From contig JBEWZL010000175.1 of NCBI GenBank assembly GCA_045837725.1, forward strand, positions 1 to 64,000: DNA of 64,000 nucleotides, written 5' to 3'. The stretch's first letter is position 1; every line of letters begins with the position of its first letter. This DNA comes from Vermamoeba vermiformis (lineage: Eukaryota). A program made the position numbers and the translations under genes. The notes beneath the pieces were generated by a model. The model saw nothing but the letters and a program-made list of their open reading frames with translations, searched no databases and was not told where the DNA came from. This document shows, one piece after another, positions 37,926 to 51,850 of the stretch.

Positions 37926-39810
37926 TTGCCGTTTTTGTGCAATTGGTTGCAATGCCCAGATTAGATTGAAAAAAGCACAGTTGTGTTGGGCACTTCACTA
38001 TTGCATCCCAGGTTTTAAAATGCTGGTGGTGGGATTAAAAGTGTTGTAACGTTGTACTTGGAAAAATTCCCAATCATGTATGTTTTGTAGGTTAACCTTT
38101 CTTGTCTTGAAGTAAAGTTGATTCTGTTGCATCCAGGTGACCTTTTTCAGATTCTGTCTAAACAAAGGTTATGAGGTTAACTTCATATGAAGTTAATTGA
38201 CTTTGTCCCACCTCACCACCTTCTACAGGCTCTACATGGCCAAGGATTACCAGTTCAATAACTCGTTTGGCTGTTTCACTGACAGGTACTAGGTTTCTTT
38301 TTGCATCAATGTACAAGAGTCCACGATCATAAATGGCTTGAGTGAATGGGTTAAGATCTGTTCCAGCTGAACCACAATATTGAAGCTGAGAAAGAATGAG
38401 CTTAAAATCTGTAGCAGCACCCCCTTCTGCAGCTTCCTTAATAGAGGCCAGTAGACACTTGTGGTATGCAGCTGCCAGTTCAGCACAGTAACCGTTGAAG
38501 TTGCCAGCTTTGCAAAGTTCTTGAACAGCATGATAAAGGCCACCCAGATGCAAATACAAGTAAGTCATCTTTTCTTCCTTATCACTTCCAGGAATCTGAT
38601 CCCAAGGCAAGTTATTCACAGGCTACAGAGAAAATAATTAGAACACATTTTTGAAGGCAAGTTTAATCTTACAGTATTTTCACCTTCAAGATAGCATTTG
38701 TACTCTTCTAATGTTAGTGGAGGAAGGTACTTGAGGCAGCCTTGATACCCAGCAGGCAGGTTATTCTCAAACTTTGAATGTGCTGAGCCAATAAACATTA
38801 CAAAGTTTGCAGCCTGTAAGATTAGTACAATAGTTAATTTATAAGTATTCATAAATTAACATACTGCAAAAGTTTGAAATGAAGTGTATATTTCATAGTT
38901 CTCAGCATTTTCACTGTACTGCTTTGAGTAGAATTCATTGTGTTCATCCAATATCAATACTGCACCAGGTAAGGCAGTAAATTCTGTCCAAAAGTGATTC
39001 AAGTTTGCACTTCCTTGACCAAGCAGAGTGCAAAACACATTCTCAACAGTTTTGCTTGTCTCAATCAGGTCTTTGTTCAATTGATAGAATGTTATAATTG
39101 CACTCCGTTTTGTCAACTTATTTCGGCAATTAGGCTGTAAAATCAATTAGTCCAGTTTGAGAAAGATTGATATAACTTACATAGTAAAACAGTGGCTTTT
39201 GCATGACATAAGCAGATGTTGCAATCATTACACCAATGCCTGATTTACCAACGCCATGAGGGCCTGAGGGAACAACTTTTTCTTTGTTAAGTGGGGATTG
39301 AATTGCATCGTAGAATTGTTGCCAAATATTCAAACGATTTTGTGAGATAAAAAATTGCTCAACGTCTTCATATCCTTTGACATTTTGAAAGGCAGTGCCA
39401 GGAAGTGGCTTAAACTTGTTGAGTGCCTCCTTCATTTGTGCAGGATCCGTGAGGTATTGGTAAGCATCGATATTACGTGGAAAAGGCATTGCAACAGTTG
39501 CCCGCCCTTGTAAATTAACGTAATTACTAATTATTGTTGTAAATTAGAAACATACCCATTGCCGTCTTGAACTGCTTATGCGGGTGCTGAAGTTTGTACC
39601 GTACTACCTCTAAAACTCGCGTAGGTCGGAGGAATCCTTTTGAAGTGAGAGCGGGACGCAACGTTTGCCAATCGATGGCTTCGAGGGCATATTCTATCAA
39701 GGCTTCGCTTTCGTCGCCAAGGATATTTGCATCGTGAGCGGTGAATCCGTTTTCGCTGGCCCAGATCACGACGTCCTCTTTTGACCACTCGGCGACTGCA
39801 ACAATACATC
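37912..39810 (-). CDS. Crinkler/RHS-like effector: SAM-like header, P-loop NTPase and PD-(D/E)xK-like nuclease; 3' part frameshifted
   Basis: EWSKEDVVIWA SAM-like start, Walker A SGPHGVGKS, Walker B VLILDE, and C-terminal LLIP...WDAIV...CFFQS. The start codon was not resolved. Confidence 0.65.
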
Positions 39811-40959
39811 AGCTAAATGGCTTAGTGGGTAATTTTGTACCTACGTTGCGTAATAGACTTTCGGGACAACCGATCTGATAAGGAGCGATGAATATTTAGT
39901 TCAATTCTTGTCTCCTGGGCAGTAGAAAGCGTGCACACTAAACATTTTATTAAAACAAAACACTCAAATTTACCAAGGAAGCACGTACTTTTGATCGATA
40001 AGGGCCTTATCGATTTGAAGAGCACAGTTTTGCTTGAAAATGACCAAAAAGGCTTCGTTTCGTGAAGAGTATTTTCACAGGGCTTACGGGGGAAAATAGT
40101 GGCGATTTCTGATAAATTAAATTAATTGGTAATTTGGGATGCGGATGCAAATATTTCGTACTTGGTTGGTTGGCGCTTGTGTTCCTTGTGCGCTGTTTGG
40201 CTCCAAGTAGTCGAAGACTTGCACTATATTTGATCGTATGCAACATGTTGTGGTTGTCTGCAGAGTAGAAAGAAATTAATTGATGTTTTGACCTCCACGT
40301 AGTTTTTCTGGTCCCGCTCGGACAAGAGGAATCAACACTTATTGTGACTCAATTGGTAGCATTGTTCATGTATATAGTAATACGAATACGATAAGAGGCC
40401 AATCAAGCTCAAAGCGAATTCGTGTTGGCATCCAAGTCGATTTTATCTCCAAGAATTTTCTCTGACACATTTAGAGACCGAAGACCATAAAAGGTATAAA
40501 TCATAACATTGTAATCAATCGTTGATAATTTTTTTAGAATTAAATTATGCATAGGAATCGATATTGGCGACAAATTTTATTTTCGCTCCATCTGGCTGGC
40601 AAAAAAAAAGAAATTAAAAGATTGTTGCTCAAGGAGGCCAATACAACTTTAAATATCGTTATTTTGCTTTTTTCTGATTTTTGCAAGAGTCGATCTGATT
40701 GCGTGCTACTAGTACAGCGCCAACTCTAACGCGCTGCTTCGTGCGTACTTGGCAACGATGCTATTGCAACGCGAACAGGGATGTCTTATTGCCACGGGCA
40801 ACGAGACGTTTTTCATGAACGTGTAAAGGCACGTAAGTGCTTAACCTAGAATTCTAATATTTATTAACTACATTAATCCTGTAGTTTTGGTAACGTCATG
40901 TAACGATTTCGATGAACTCTATCATTAGCGGCGGCATCACTGGACAACGTTTGCGTACA

Positions 40960-41297
40960 CGTTATTTTGTTCGAAATTACCGGACAACTCAACTTCGCCT
41001 TGCCGGTCATAGTAAGTGGCATCGTATATAATAATCCGAGTGTATTTTTCGTACTAATGAATTTCAGATTGTTGTTGTTATTGCGCAAGGAGTATCACAA
41101 AAGCTATCGGTTTCAATCTTTGACAGCATCTCACTGATACGTGGCTTGCCTTATTTACCAGATCTATCTACAGTAGGTCAACATATTAAAAAATATTCGA
41201 AAATGCAATTTTAATAATTTATCGGCAGTACTGTATCAAAGCCGGCAAAAGATATTATGGAACCGAAAGTTGATATGTTCCTGACAATGAAAACGTC
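40960..41297 (+). pseudogene. Duplicated internal fragment of the CLC gene (copy of ~37057-37391, introns retained)
   Basis: Exon sequence is near-identical ([17 protein letters not shown] / [14 protein letters not shown]...LPYLPDL), with more diverged introns. Confidence 0.92.
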
Positions 41298-41487
41298 GGT
41301 AATATATAATTTTCTTAACTTTAAAGATTAAACTTGATCCAATAGTTGTGCTAACATTAATATTGATCCTATAGTTGTGCTAATGTCATGTAACATATTC
41401 TATGAATGGTTCAATTACTTCAACGACAGCAGCTTTTCGAGCCATTCTTGGATCTGAACACGTGCTTGTCTGAATCAATTCACAAAA
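41298..41487 (+). repeat. ~190-bp near-identical copy of 43407-43596, upstream of both paralogous surface-protein genes
   Basis: Direct match starting GGTAATATATAATTTTCTTAACTTTAAAG. Confidence 0.92.
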
Positions 41488-41563
41488 TCAAAAGATTTCA
41501 AAGATATAAAAACGCAACGGTGAATGCATTTATTTACCAATAGCGACTGGTGATATCAACAAC

Positions 41564-43031
41564 ATGAGCACCAACAAGGTTTTAATCGCTTTCTTTGCTT
41601 TCTGCACCTTGTCGGTGGCCTCGAGTATCGTTGTAAGTAACCTTCCATTTAAATATTCAACGTACTTATTCTTTTACGGCAGGAGATACAAGCCACTCCC
41701 GCCTCTTCCGTCGTCAATCAGTATCCGTTTTTCTACTACGCTGGTTTGGATGGCGTCGGTGATCTGGCCTTCACCTCTCATCTTGCACAAAACGAAGCTA
41801 GAATTCTGAAGCGTGACATTAATGGCACGTACAGCCCCTTTGCTGGCATGTCACTTCGAAACATGTCCTTTGCAGTAACTACCAACGGCGACTGGTTCGG
41901 ATCAATATTCAAGGACGGCATCGAACTGTTCCGCGTTGACAAGAACGGCCAAGTGCACGACTCTTCCATCATTGATACTACTACAGCCTACTTCATGGCC
42001 AAGTTGCACGAAGATGGTTCGTTGATGGTCGCATTCGCCGACTACATTCTCACCTACGAATACGTCAACAGCCAATGGGTCGTTACTCAAAACTCCAGCT
42101 TTCCTGGCGCTGAATTCTTCGTTTATTCCATTTTTTCTGCCGGAGTTCAAGACAACGCACTCATCCTATTCAACAACAAGCAAAATCCTGACAACGCTAC
42201 GTACAACATCTACATTATCACACGCCAAGCCGACAAGTCGTGGAAGATCATCGAGACTGTGGCTGTCAATGACTCATTCATTTCGCAGGCACGGGCGTTC
42301 TATTGGGATGGCGCCAACACACTCATCTGCACGATACTCATGACAGCTCAAGGACCGCCATTTGGTGCCGTGGTCGTCTTCAACAAGGTCAACGGAGAAT
42401 GGCAGTTGTCACAATGGTTTTCTGCCACCAGTGTTGGCGTCACTGCTATCGGTTATTTTGGTCTTGGTCCGCTCGTTGCACTCGACAACAACAATGTGCT
42501 AGTTCCAGCGCCTGGTGATGGTGTCTCAGAGTGGTGGCATCTTACAGCCGAACACAGGCTCCGTCTACTTGATGCAACGAAATCAACAGAATGAATGGAG
42601 CTTCATCGCAAAGTTCAAATCCAGTAGCGCAGTTTTTAGTGCTGGCTCTGTCCAAGAACGACAAAGACGTGTTGATCCTGGGCTGCGCAGTGAATGATAC
42701 CTTCTTGTGCTCGCTCTACACCGTCCCTGCCTGCGTTGTCGAGCCGATCGACTTCACGTGCCCACAACAGCGAGATTCGTGCAGCACTGACTTGGACAAC
42801 TTGGTTACCGTTAACAATCCTTCGTGCGGTCAGGTGGCTACCAGCTATAGCCACATTACTACCAATAAGAACGGAATCACGGTGGATGTCACTCTTAGCA
42901 GGCCTTTAGTTGCGGATGCAAAATGTAGTGTGACTTTGACATGCAACGAGTTAGCAAGCGTATCTTCTGGCCACGTGTTAGTTAGCTCACTAGTATTTAT
43001 TTCAGCCTTGACGGCTTTTCTTGTTCTTTAA
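41564..43031 (+). CDS. Secreted/GPI-like beta-propeller surface protein, paralog A (two apparent frameshifts)
   Basis: Signal peptide, FG-GAP-like G.V.VF...W...FG segments, a Cys-rich juxtamembrane domain and a hydrophobic tail. Frameshifts at ~42520 and ~42646. Confidence 0.75.
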
Positions 43032-43669
43032 AATAGAAAATAAATTTACCTAATCACCAACACTTAGGAAATATAATCTTGTCGTAACCGGCGAAATAGC
43101 TGAAGATATTAATAGCAGTTGCTGTTTTCAAAAAGGATGGATCTCATATAAATCAAGCGTTTTATAATTTGCTCGCGGTAAATAATATTTCATTGCAAAA
43201 AAATTAATCATTAATATCGAAACCACTATTATTAATTGTATTTAATAAATAATCGGAGAATAAGTCAATTAAATTAAAAATTCAGATTTGACTTCTCTGT
43301 AAAATCCGCTAACGAGAGTTTATTCCATCAGTTCAATGACGGTTAACTTCTTTGGCCGAGGAGTTATTCGCAAGAGTGGACAATATCAACCTGGCATGCA
43401 CGAAGAGGTAATATATAATTTTCTTAACTTTAAAGATTAAACTTGATCCAATAGTTGTGCTAACATTAATATTGATCCTATAGTTGTGCTAATGTCATGT
43501 AACATATTCTATGAATGGTTCAATTACTTCAACGACAGCAGCTTTTTCGAGCCATTCTTGGATCCGAACACGTGCTTGTCTGAATCAATTCACAAATCAC
43601 AAGATTCGCTTGGTTTTAAAAACGCAACGGTGGACTTTCATTACTCAACAACCCTTTAACAACGGCAAC

Positions 43670-45179
43670 ATGAGCATAAAGAAGCTTACAGTTATTTTCC
43701 TTGCCTACGATTTGCACCTTGTCGGTGGCTTCGACTATCGTCGTAAGTGTTGGTTAACCATCTGCATTCAATACATTGCGTCACAAATTAGCAAAAAAAA
43801 TTAACTAATGTATGGAGTAGGAGATGCAAGCTACGCAATCATCTAGCATCACAAATGCAGTCGCATCATTTTACTTCGCGAATTTAGCCGGAGTCAATGA
43901 TATTGCGTTCACGACCGATAAAACTTCCAACGAAGCGAGAATTCTGAAGCGAGATTCGAGTGGAAATTATAATTTATTCGCAACCAAACAACTGCAAAAT
44001 ACGTCACTGGTAGCTACGACTAATGGCGAGTGGTTTGGAGCCATCTACTCCGAAGGTATCGAACTGTTTCGCGTTGATCAGAACGGCCAAGTGCACGACT
44101 ACTCAATCCTAGAGACAAACACCGAAAAATTTTCAGCAAAGTTACAAGATGATGGCTCGCTGATGGTTGCATTCACCGACTACATCCTCACGTACGAGTT
44201 TGTCAACAGCCAATGGGTCGTTACTCAAAACTCCAGCTTCCCTGGCGCTAGTTTCTTTCTCTCGTCGTTTGTCTCTGCGGCTATTCCCAACAACGCATTC
44301 ATCACTCTGAGCACCAAACAGAACTCCGACAATGTGACATACAACATCTACATTGTGGCGCGTCAAGCTGACAAGTCGTGGAAGATCGTCGAATCAATTG
44401 CTGTAAATCAGACTTTGCTCACGACGGGCCAGTCGTACTTTTGGGATGGCAAGGACACGTTCATTTGCACTGCTGCTAGCTTTGGTGGCGGTATTCCTTA
44501 CGGCTCAGTGTTTGTTTTCAACAAGAACAATGGACAATGGGAAATTTCACAATATTTTTCTGCCGCTGAGGTCGGTGTCTCTGGTTCTGGATTTTTTGGC
44601 GTCGGTCCTCTAGTGGCATTGGACGACAATCACGTGCTCGTTCCTGCTCCTGCAGACAAGTTGACCTCGGAAGATTTTCCACCGGGCACTGGCTCCGTCC
44701 ATTTGATGCAACGCAATCAACAGAACGAATGGACCTTCGTTGCAAAATTCAACTCGAACATGAGTATGTTCGGTACTGGCTTGGCCAAGAACGATCACGA
44801 CGCTTTGGTCTTCGGGTGCACTCCAGACTTTTCAAACGCACGGTTGAGTTTCAATTGTTCACTTTTCACCGTTCCAACTTGCATCGTCGAACCGATCGAC
44901 TTCACGTGCAATCAGAAGCAAGACTCGTGCAGCACCAACTTCGACAACTTGGTTGTCGTCAACAATCCTTCGTGCGGTCAAGTCTCAACGAGTATTGATC
45001 GTGTTTCTGGTGACAAGAGCGGCATTGTTGTGGACATTACTTTGAGCAGACCGCTTGTTGCTGACGCCAAGTGCAGCGTGACTCTCACTTGCCCTGAACT
45101 GACAAGCGTATCTTCTGGCCACCTATTGATCAGCTCTATGGCTTTAATCGCAGGATTAATTGCTGCTATTACTTTGTAA
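43670..45179 (+). CDS. Secreted/GPI-like beta-propeller surface protein, paralog B
   Basis: 451-aa open exon colinear with paralog A. The signal-peptide exon has an apparent 1-nt frameshift. Confidence 0.8.
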
Positions 45180-45199
45180 ACGCCAATAAAATCTATTTA

Positions 45200-45360
45200 T
45201 TATTGTAAAATGACCAGCGACACGAACACTAAAATCGTAAGAGGAGCATTGATCACAGCAGATGACACCTCGGAGCTCTTGGGAGTGCCATTTGAAGCTG
45301 ATGGGGCACCAGTAGGGCTAGAGGGAGAGGAAGATGGATTGCGGCAAGGAGGGAAAGAAT
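45200..45360 (-). CDS. Terminal exon of a small surface protein (Ser/Pro linker and hydrophobic tail); upstream exons not resolvable
   Basis: CRNPSSSPSSPTGAPSASNG...APLTILVFVSLVILQ*. Confidence 0.35.
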
Positions 45361-46261
45361 TAATATAATATCTAGTTAAGAATAAGATAATAGTACTTCT
45401 TACTTCCACACAACTGTTAAGGTCCATTCTTCTTCCACCACCAGGAATAGATGCACTGCCTTGACGACGCTGCTGCCATTGCCAACAGTAGTAAGCAATG
45501 CCAGCACCAAGTGATGCATTGCGATGATAGCGCCAGTACCACAAGCCTTCTCTGTTTCGCAGGGGCAGCCAGAAAGAAACAGAGAAATCAACTCCAAGAA
45601 GGAAAGAGGATTTGAGAAATAAGTAAAAGGGACATGCCGCTCTTAACCAATTAAATTAATTGATCTTACCAGGAGTAGGATTCGGCCGTATTGTCCGACA
45701 AAGTAACTTGTATGCGCAACAATCGTGCTGGTGCGGCGCTGCTGTCAGGGTACAAAATTTTGCGTGAGTGAATTTCTCTAGACTCTGCCCTCAGCAGCAC
45801 CACTATCAGCAAACGCAATACAACCACACTAGGATATTTGTATTATTTGACGATTGGGAGGCCAGAGGGAAGGGGCAAGGCTCCGAGGTAGAAGAGCAGC
45901 AAAAATGACTCGTCAAAAGAACGGCAGGAATGGGAGTGTTCTGCGGCATTTCTTTCTCGTCCATTGAAAATTCTACCAGATTGTTGGCTTTTCGAGCAGA
46001 AGTAACAGTAAGTTTCGCGCACAAAATCCTAAGTTAGATTCCTGCGGACTCCGGAGCGAAGACCACACAAGAGCAGCGTCGGAATAAGAACTAGAGACGA
46101 GAAAAAAAGACGAAGCGAAAAAAAATAAAAGGGGCGGTTTTGAAACCTACAAGGCCGTTAATTGTTATGGCACGAAAGGATTGTACGTTATTTAGTTTTA
46201 TTTATTACTTCATAAATATTACTAGAATAAGTTACAGGTTTTATAAAAATTGTTTGTTTAG

Positions 46262-47275
46262 GCGAAGCTGCAGAGAAGTTTTCTTTGGCCGCGAAGTATT
46301 TCTCCAGTGCAGTAAATAAATTCGGATCAAATCAATACCCAGAGGCGGTGAAATCCAGATTGCGCCAAGGTACTACCCTTGCTCAAATTCTATATGAGGC
46401 TTATCAATTTTAATAATGATAATTTATATAATAGAGGCAATAGCGTGTCTAAATCAAGTAATATCAATCCATGAAGGGAAACCAGATCAACTTGCTTCGG
46501 CGGAGAAACTCGTTGCGGATTTGTATGAAGCAGAGGTACGTAGTTACGCTATATGAATAATATTCTTCGAATAATTCTCCTTATTATTCATATTTATGTA
46601 CTAATAATCCGAGTTAAGAACCAATACGAAGCTGCAGTCACGCATTACCACAACGCTGCGTATTATTTTGCTTTGATTAACAAGAATAGGTATATTAAAG
46701 TTACTAATGTTAAGTATTATACTTAATAATAGTATTTATAGCATGAATCGAGGATGTATGATTCGAGTAGCGGATCTGAATGCCTATCTCGAAAAGTACG
46801 ACACGTCGGTGCAGATCTACGAACAAATTGCTTCAGAACTCGATGATATGCATAAATATAATATACCCGAGTTGCTTTTTAAAGCGTCGATTATGCGATT
46901 ACTGCTACAGGTAAGCTTGAACTTCAACTATTTTATGAATCGAAATAATCGAGATCTTTTAAAGAATATTTACTATTATATAATAAGATTATTATCATTG
47001 TATGAATTTTTATTCTTCTTTTGATAATTAAATTATAGGATTTGGAGCGAGTTGAAGCGGCGTTAGGGAAGTACAGCGTGATGTCGCCGTACTTTGCTCA
47101 AACACGCCAGTTCACGTTGATATCGAAGTTAAGACAAGCCATTGCCATAAATAGCGCTGATATGTTTTCGAGCGCGATTGTTGAATATGATTCGGGTGCT
47201 TGTATGGATCGTTGGTACCAGATCATGTTTTTGCGGATGAAGCAGCGGATCGTTGCCCCCACTGAGCGCATTTAA
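46262..47275 (+). CDS. Divergent alpha-SNAP (NSF attachment protein)-like gene; 5' end unresolved
   Basis: EAIACL..., ADLYEAE, CMIRVADL...YEQIA, KY...LLFKA, PYFAQTRQ and EYDS...MDRW follow the SNAP family pattern. Confidence 0.8.
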
Positions 47276-47447
47276 GTCGCCAATACTTTATGTAAATAAG
47301 ATTCAATTAGCCATTGTAGCACCAATTTATCAATTTTATCGCGTTTTTAAATGTTTTTGACGGTCAAAACCGTTTTGACGTTCTGAGTCTTTTCTAGAAC
47401 GTAGTTGCAGGCAATTTGTTATTAAGAAGTCCTCTCCGAGACAATAA

Positions 47448-49248
47448 ATGGTAATATAATTTGATATTACTATATTAAGCACTATCTAATGTTATGTAAC
47501 GATTGTAGAGCACTTACAATTGGATTACGATATTTCCCCAAACTTACAATACGTCACAATACGTCCATGACATTCCTAGTCCATTCGAACATCAATTTAA
47601 TGTGAATTATGAGGATTGGAGACCAATCAAGCTTCTTCGGATTGACATCCAAGACAGATTTTATTTGAAAGAATATTCTCTGATTTATTTGGAGACAGGC
47701 GAGATTATTAAAGGTAATAATATTTTTTATTGTATTTTTTACAATTTTTAACGTTTAAAGATACGCTTCAGGAATTGACATTGGCGATAAATTTTTTTTT
47801 CGACTGATCTTTCCAGCAAAAAAAGGAGCTTACAAACTCGTAACCAAAGGAGGCAAATACTGCTGTAAGTACCTAAATATGATCGAGTTTTTTTCTTATT
47901 TCGTTCGGCAGATTCCGTGCTTATGCTCGAAAGTACTTTGGAGTTGACAGACGAACCTATTTGCAAAGCGCGTAGTCCTTTCAATATCCTCGTGAGCTGT
48001 CCTATTAAAAACGAGCCATTATATAAGCAAATCACGTACAGAAAAGTCGGCGCAACGGAATGGGAGTAGAGTAGCATTAACTGCAAAAAAAATTTCTTCT
48101 AGAATTAACGTTCTTTTGGACAGAAATATTGGCCTTACAACTGATTGGTAATAGTATACATCTTCATTGGTATTATTTAATACTAAATGACGTCCAGCCA
48201 AATTCCGGTCGATGTGGATCCGACCTGGGCGTACGAAGTCAAAATGAAGCTAGTTGTTCCTGATTTATTCGAGACTGAATATACACCTATTACAACTACG
48301 ACAGTACATCAAAATTGGGCCAATCAAAGACGGCCTAATATTGATTTCTTCGACACAACTCTTCAGTTTCAAATTTGTATGCAATGCTGGTTATCGAAGT
48401 AAGTTACAAAAATATTATTTTAAATACTAATGGTCCTATATATGATTAGTGTTTCGATGACGCTGCGATACAAGCGACATGGTGAGGAAAATTGGAGTCA
48501 AATTGAAAAAGCACCGTATTTATCCAATGTGCAATATCAATTAGAAGAGCTTGGACGTATTACGTGGAGTTTAGAAGACAGATTATATGATCAATTAATA
48601 GAAGACGATATGACTATCGATTGGCAGCTGGTATTCAAAAACATTGAGACCAATCAGATAGTAGAATCGGATATTCGGACTGAAGTGCTGCATAAACGAA
48701 ACAAAGTTGCAACAGGTGAAAGTTTAACAACTTTAACGCGATTTGGTCGTCATAAAAACGCATCGTCGTTGATATATCTGTGCCCTGATGGACAATTTTG
48801 GTTCACGCAAGATATTCGACAGTACGCCGCAAATAGAAGTGTCATTGGCGTCGATCAGATCGGTTTTAACGGACGTTATATATTGAAGCGAAAACAAACG
48901 AGCAATATCATCACACTTCTGCCGAAATTTCATATCAAACTTTTCGAGCCCTACGAATATGACAACTTGTCAACGATGCTGTTGCCAGAATTGGTCAAAC
49001 TAATTATAGGCTACGTTGTTACGCCGCCATATCAGTTCTACACAAACACGTTAAAGCATTTGGTAGAAGTAAATCGAGTCTGCAAGCACTGGTTCAATCT
49101 GTTCGCAAAAGTACAGCTGCAAGTGAAAGGAGAGTTGTCGGATAATTACGGACCGAACAGGCGCACTTGGGATGATGACGCGCCATTGAATTTTGATGAC
49201 TGGCTGTCAGATTTTAAGTATAGTTCGACTGGAGATTATTTTTCTTAA
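47448..49248 (+). CDS. Hypothetical multi-exon protein with a C-terminal F-box-like motif, paralog 1
   Basis: Shares PIKLLRIDI.D.FYL..SLIYL and VDP...YE.K.K motifs with the next gene. LLPELVKLIIGYV...NRVCKHW lies near the C-terminus. Confidence 0.65.
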
Positions 49249-49390
49249 ACACTTAATAAATAGTTATTAAAGCAGTGTTAAAAGTGATCTGCTGTGTTCA
49301 AAGATCACAGTTCAAAGAAAAAATCAAGATTGTTTTCAATAACGAAGCAACAGCAGCACTTATAATGCCAACACTTGAACGCCAATTATA

Positions 49391-51163
49391 ATGCTCGCTA
49401 GTCAACCGAAAGTCCTGATGGCAAGTGGAATTAACTGGATCATAGTTATTCCAGAATCCTTGTCTACGAGCAGTAGGGACAAAGAAAGAAAGCAATTTGA
49501 ACATTATTTCTCGGTGGATTATGACGATGATAAGCCAATTAAGCTGCTCCGGATCGACATCTGGGACAACTTTTACTTGGACGAATTTTCTCTCATTTAT
49601 TTGGATACGAACGAGAATTTAAATAGTAAGCTTGCTCTTACATATAAATAATATAATTATCGTATCAGATTATTAATATTTTTAGTGGGCATGGTGCTGC
49701 GAACCAATTTTCGGAGCACTTTCGTCTTTCCACCACGAAAAGGACAATACAAAATAGTAACCAAAGGAGGAAGTTACAAATGTAAGTCTATAATTGGTGT
49801 CTAATCAGCATTAACTTATTTTTAGATTGTGTCAGACTGCTGGAAAACGACGGCCCGTTGCAAATCCGACCAGATCACAAGGCTCTAAACAGTTATAAAG
49901 TGTATTTATCCATACCTATGGAGGAGGAACCATTTAAAAAGCAATTTGCATACCGAGTTGTCGGCTCAGATAAATGGGAAATACTGCCTGACCTCTGGTA
50001 ATTGCTAAATCCACTCACAAACTCGTTTTTTAATTAAATTTCTAGTACTAGCAGTGAATATTCTACTAGGGGGTAATATCATATTCAGTGCTAGAACTTT
50101 CGAGTATTACTAATTCGTTACAGACACGTTGTTTTGCAAGTCGATCCGCAACAAAGCTACGAAACTAAGGCGAAAGTATTGGTCGAGGGTTTATTCGATA
50201 CTGAATATAGCGAGCCATCTATTCTAGATGATCATAAGACGTGGATCGATCAGTTTCGACCGAACGATCCTTTGTTTTTGCTCCACCACGGCTTACGATT
50301 CGAAATGAATTTCTATTGTTGGCCAACTGAGTAAGATATTCATTGAATATCAATATCGTTATATCTAACTTAAGTATATTAGTAAGGATCTTATATTGCG
50401 AGTTAAGTTAGGCAACGAAGAAGATTGGATCTCATTCGAAAAATTATACAAAAAAAGTCGAAGAAAAATAGAATATAGTGAACCTATAGTATTCGATTTA
50501 AGCAGCATTTACGATCAACTACCAGACGACGATGAAACATTTTTTGAATGGAAGTTAGTTTTCCGAGATCAAGCGACCAAACAAGAGCATGAAGGCGAGG
50601 TTAATTTTGATTCATTTACAAAACGAGAGAAATTTCAAGGCAGCGAAAGAGTTAAAAAGACTTATGTTTTCCAAGAAGATTGCGTAGATGCGAGCACAAA
50701 AATCCATTTGTGTAGAAACGGTGTATTTAGATTTGAGCATCCTCGTATTCGTAAATTAGTGCTGAAAGGAAGATATCGATTGAAAGCATTGGACGGTAGT
50801 GATACAGAAGTAGACATTATTTTCGTTCCAGATCGACCTCGAAGAGTACGTCATTCGTACGAATTGTCTGATAACATTATGATGAATACTGATACCGATA
50901 ATAATCATCCGATTTGGTCGCTATTTGACGTCGCAACGATGATTTTTAAAACAGTGTTTTCACTGAACGAAGAGAACGAGGATAACTACCCATTAGAATC
51001 GTTGATATCGATCAACTTAATATGCAAGCAATGGTACAAGATATTTTGGCAGTCTTTTGAACTCCACGGCAGATGGCACGGCAACCGGATTAAAATATTT
51101 GGTTGGAAACAAGGTGACGAAAAAACCGGAGAATTTAACCAACTAAGAGATTTAAATAAATAA
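49391..51163 (+). CDS. Hypothetical multi-exon protein with a C-terminal F-box-like motif, paralog 2
   Basis: Colinear with paralog 1, with LFDVATMIFK...NLICKQWY. Confidence 0.65.
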
Positions 51164-51850
51164 CAGTTCATTTCTCGACATGTTTTGCTCATTAAGCGTT
51201 AGAGGAAGGATTCAACTCTGGTTCGAGCGGCAGTTTCAATCCAATCAAAGACGGACACACGCACTCGTTACAAGTTAAGTTCAAGATAATGATATTATTA
51301 ACACGCTCCTAACATTGTAGGAAAACTTCGATGCTGCTGAGAAGTACAATAGTCATCTTTTAGTGGAGGATCATATAACGGATCTTACCCGGATTTGGAT
51401 CAAAGTTGCACTGTTGACGGAGATTGACTCAGCCACAAGGTACGCGATAAATGCCATATGAGTAACTTATTGATAGCGACAAAATACTATTCTAATAGCT
51501 ATAATATGAGATTTCTTAATTCCACTCGGATCTGACGCAACGCGAAAACTCAACTGTGCTAGAGCCTATGGATATCGAGTGAGTAGAATAGTATAGATGT
51601 TATAAACACTTCTTTATTCTACCATTACCTCCGCTATAACCAGCGTCGGATGCATCAGAAGTCCAACTGGTGATCTGTTGATGGATTCGTTTAACAGCGT
51701 TAGAGCAGCTATTTCGAGTCTTTTCGGCTTTGGGGCAGCAGTGTGAGTCATTTAATATCCAAAGATATGATTCGATGCCTGCTCCTGTTTCGTTTTTGCT
51801 AAAACAAGGAAAACAAGTTTCAGGCGATAACAGTTAATTTATTTCATTTC

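Noticed and set aside
45360-46140. Possible novel gene or insertion between the surface-protein tail and the SNAP-like gene
   Set aside because: Purine-skewed sequence with no consistent frame, and both flanking genes lose their 5' ends here. It may be a low-quality assembly patch.
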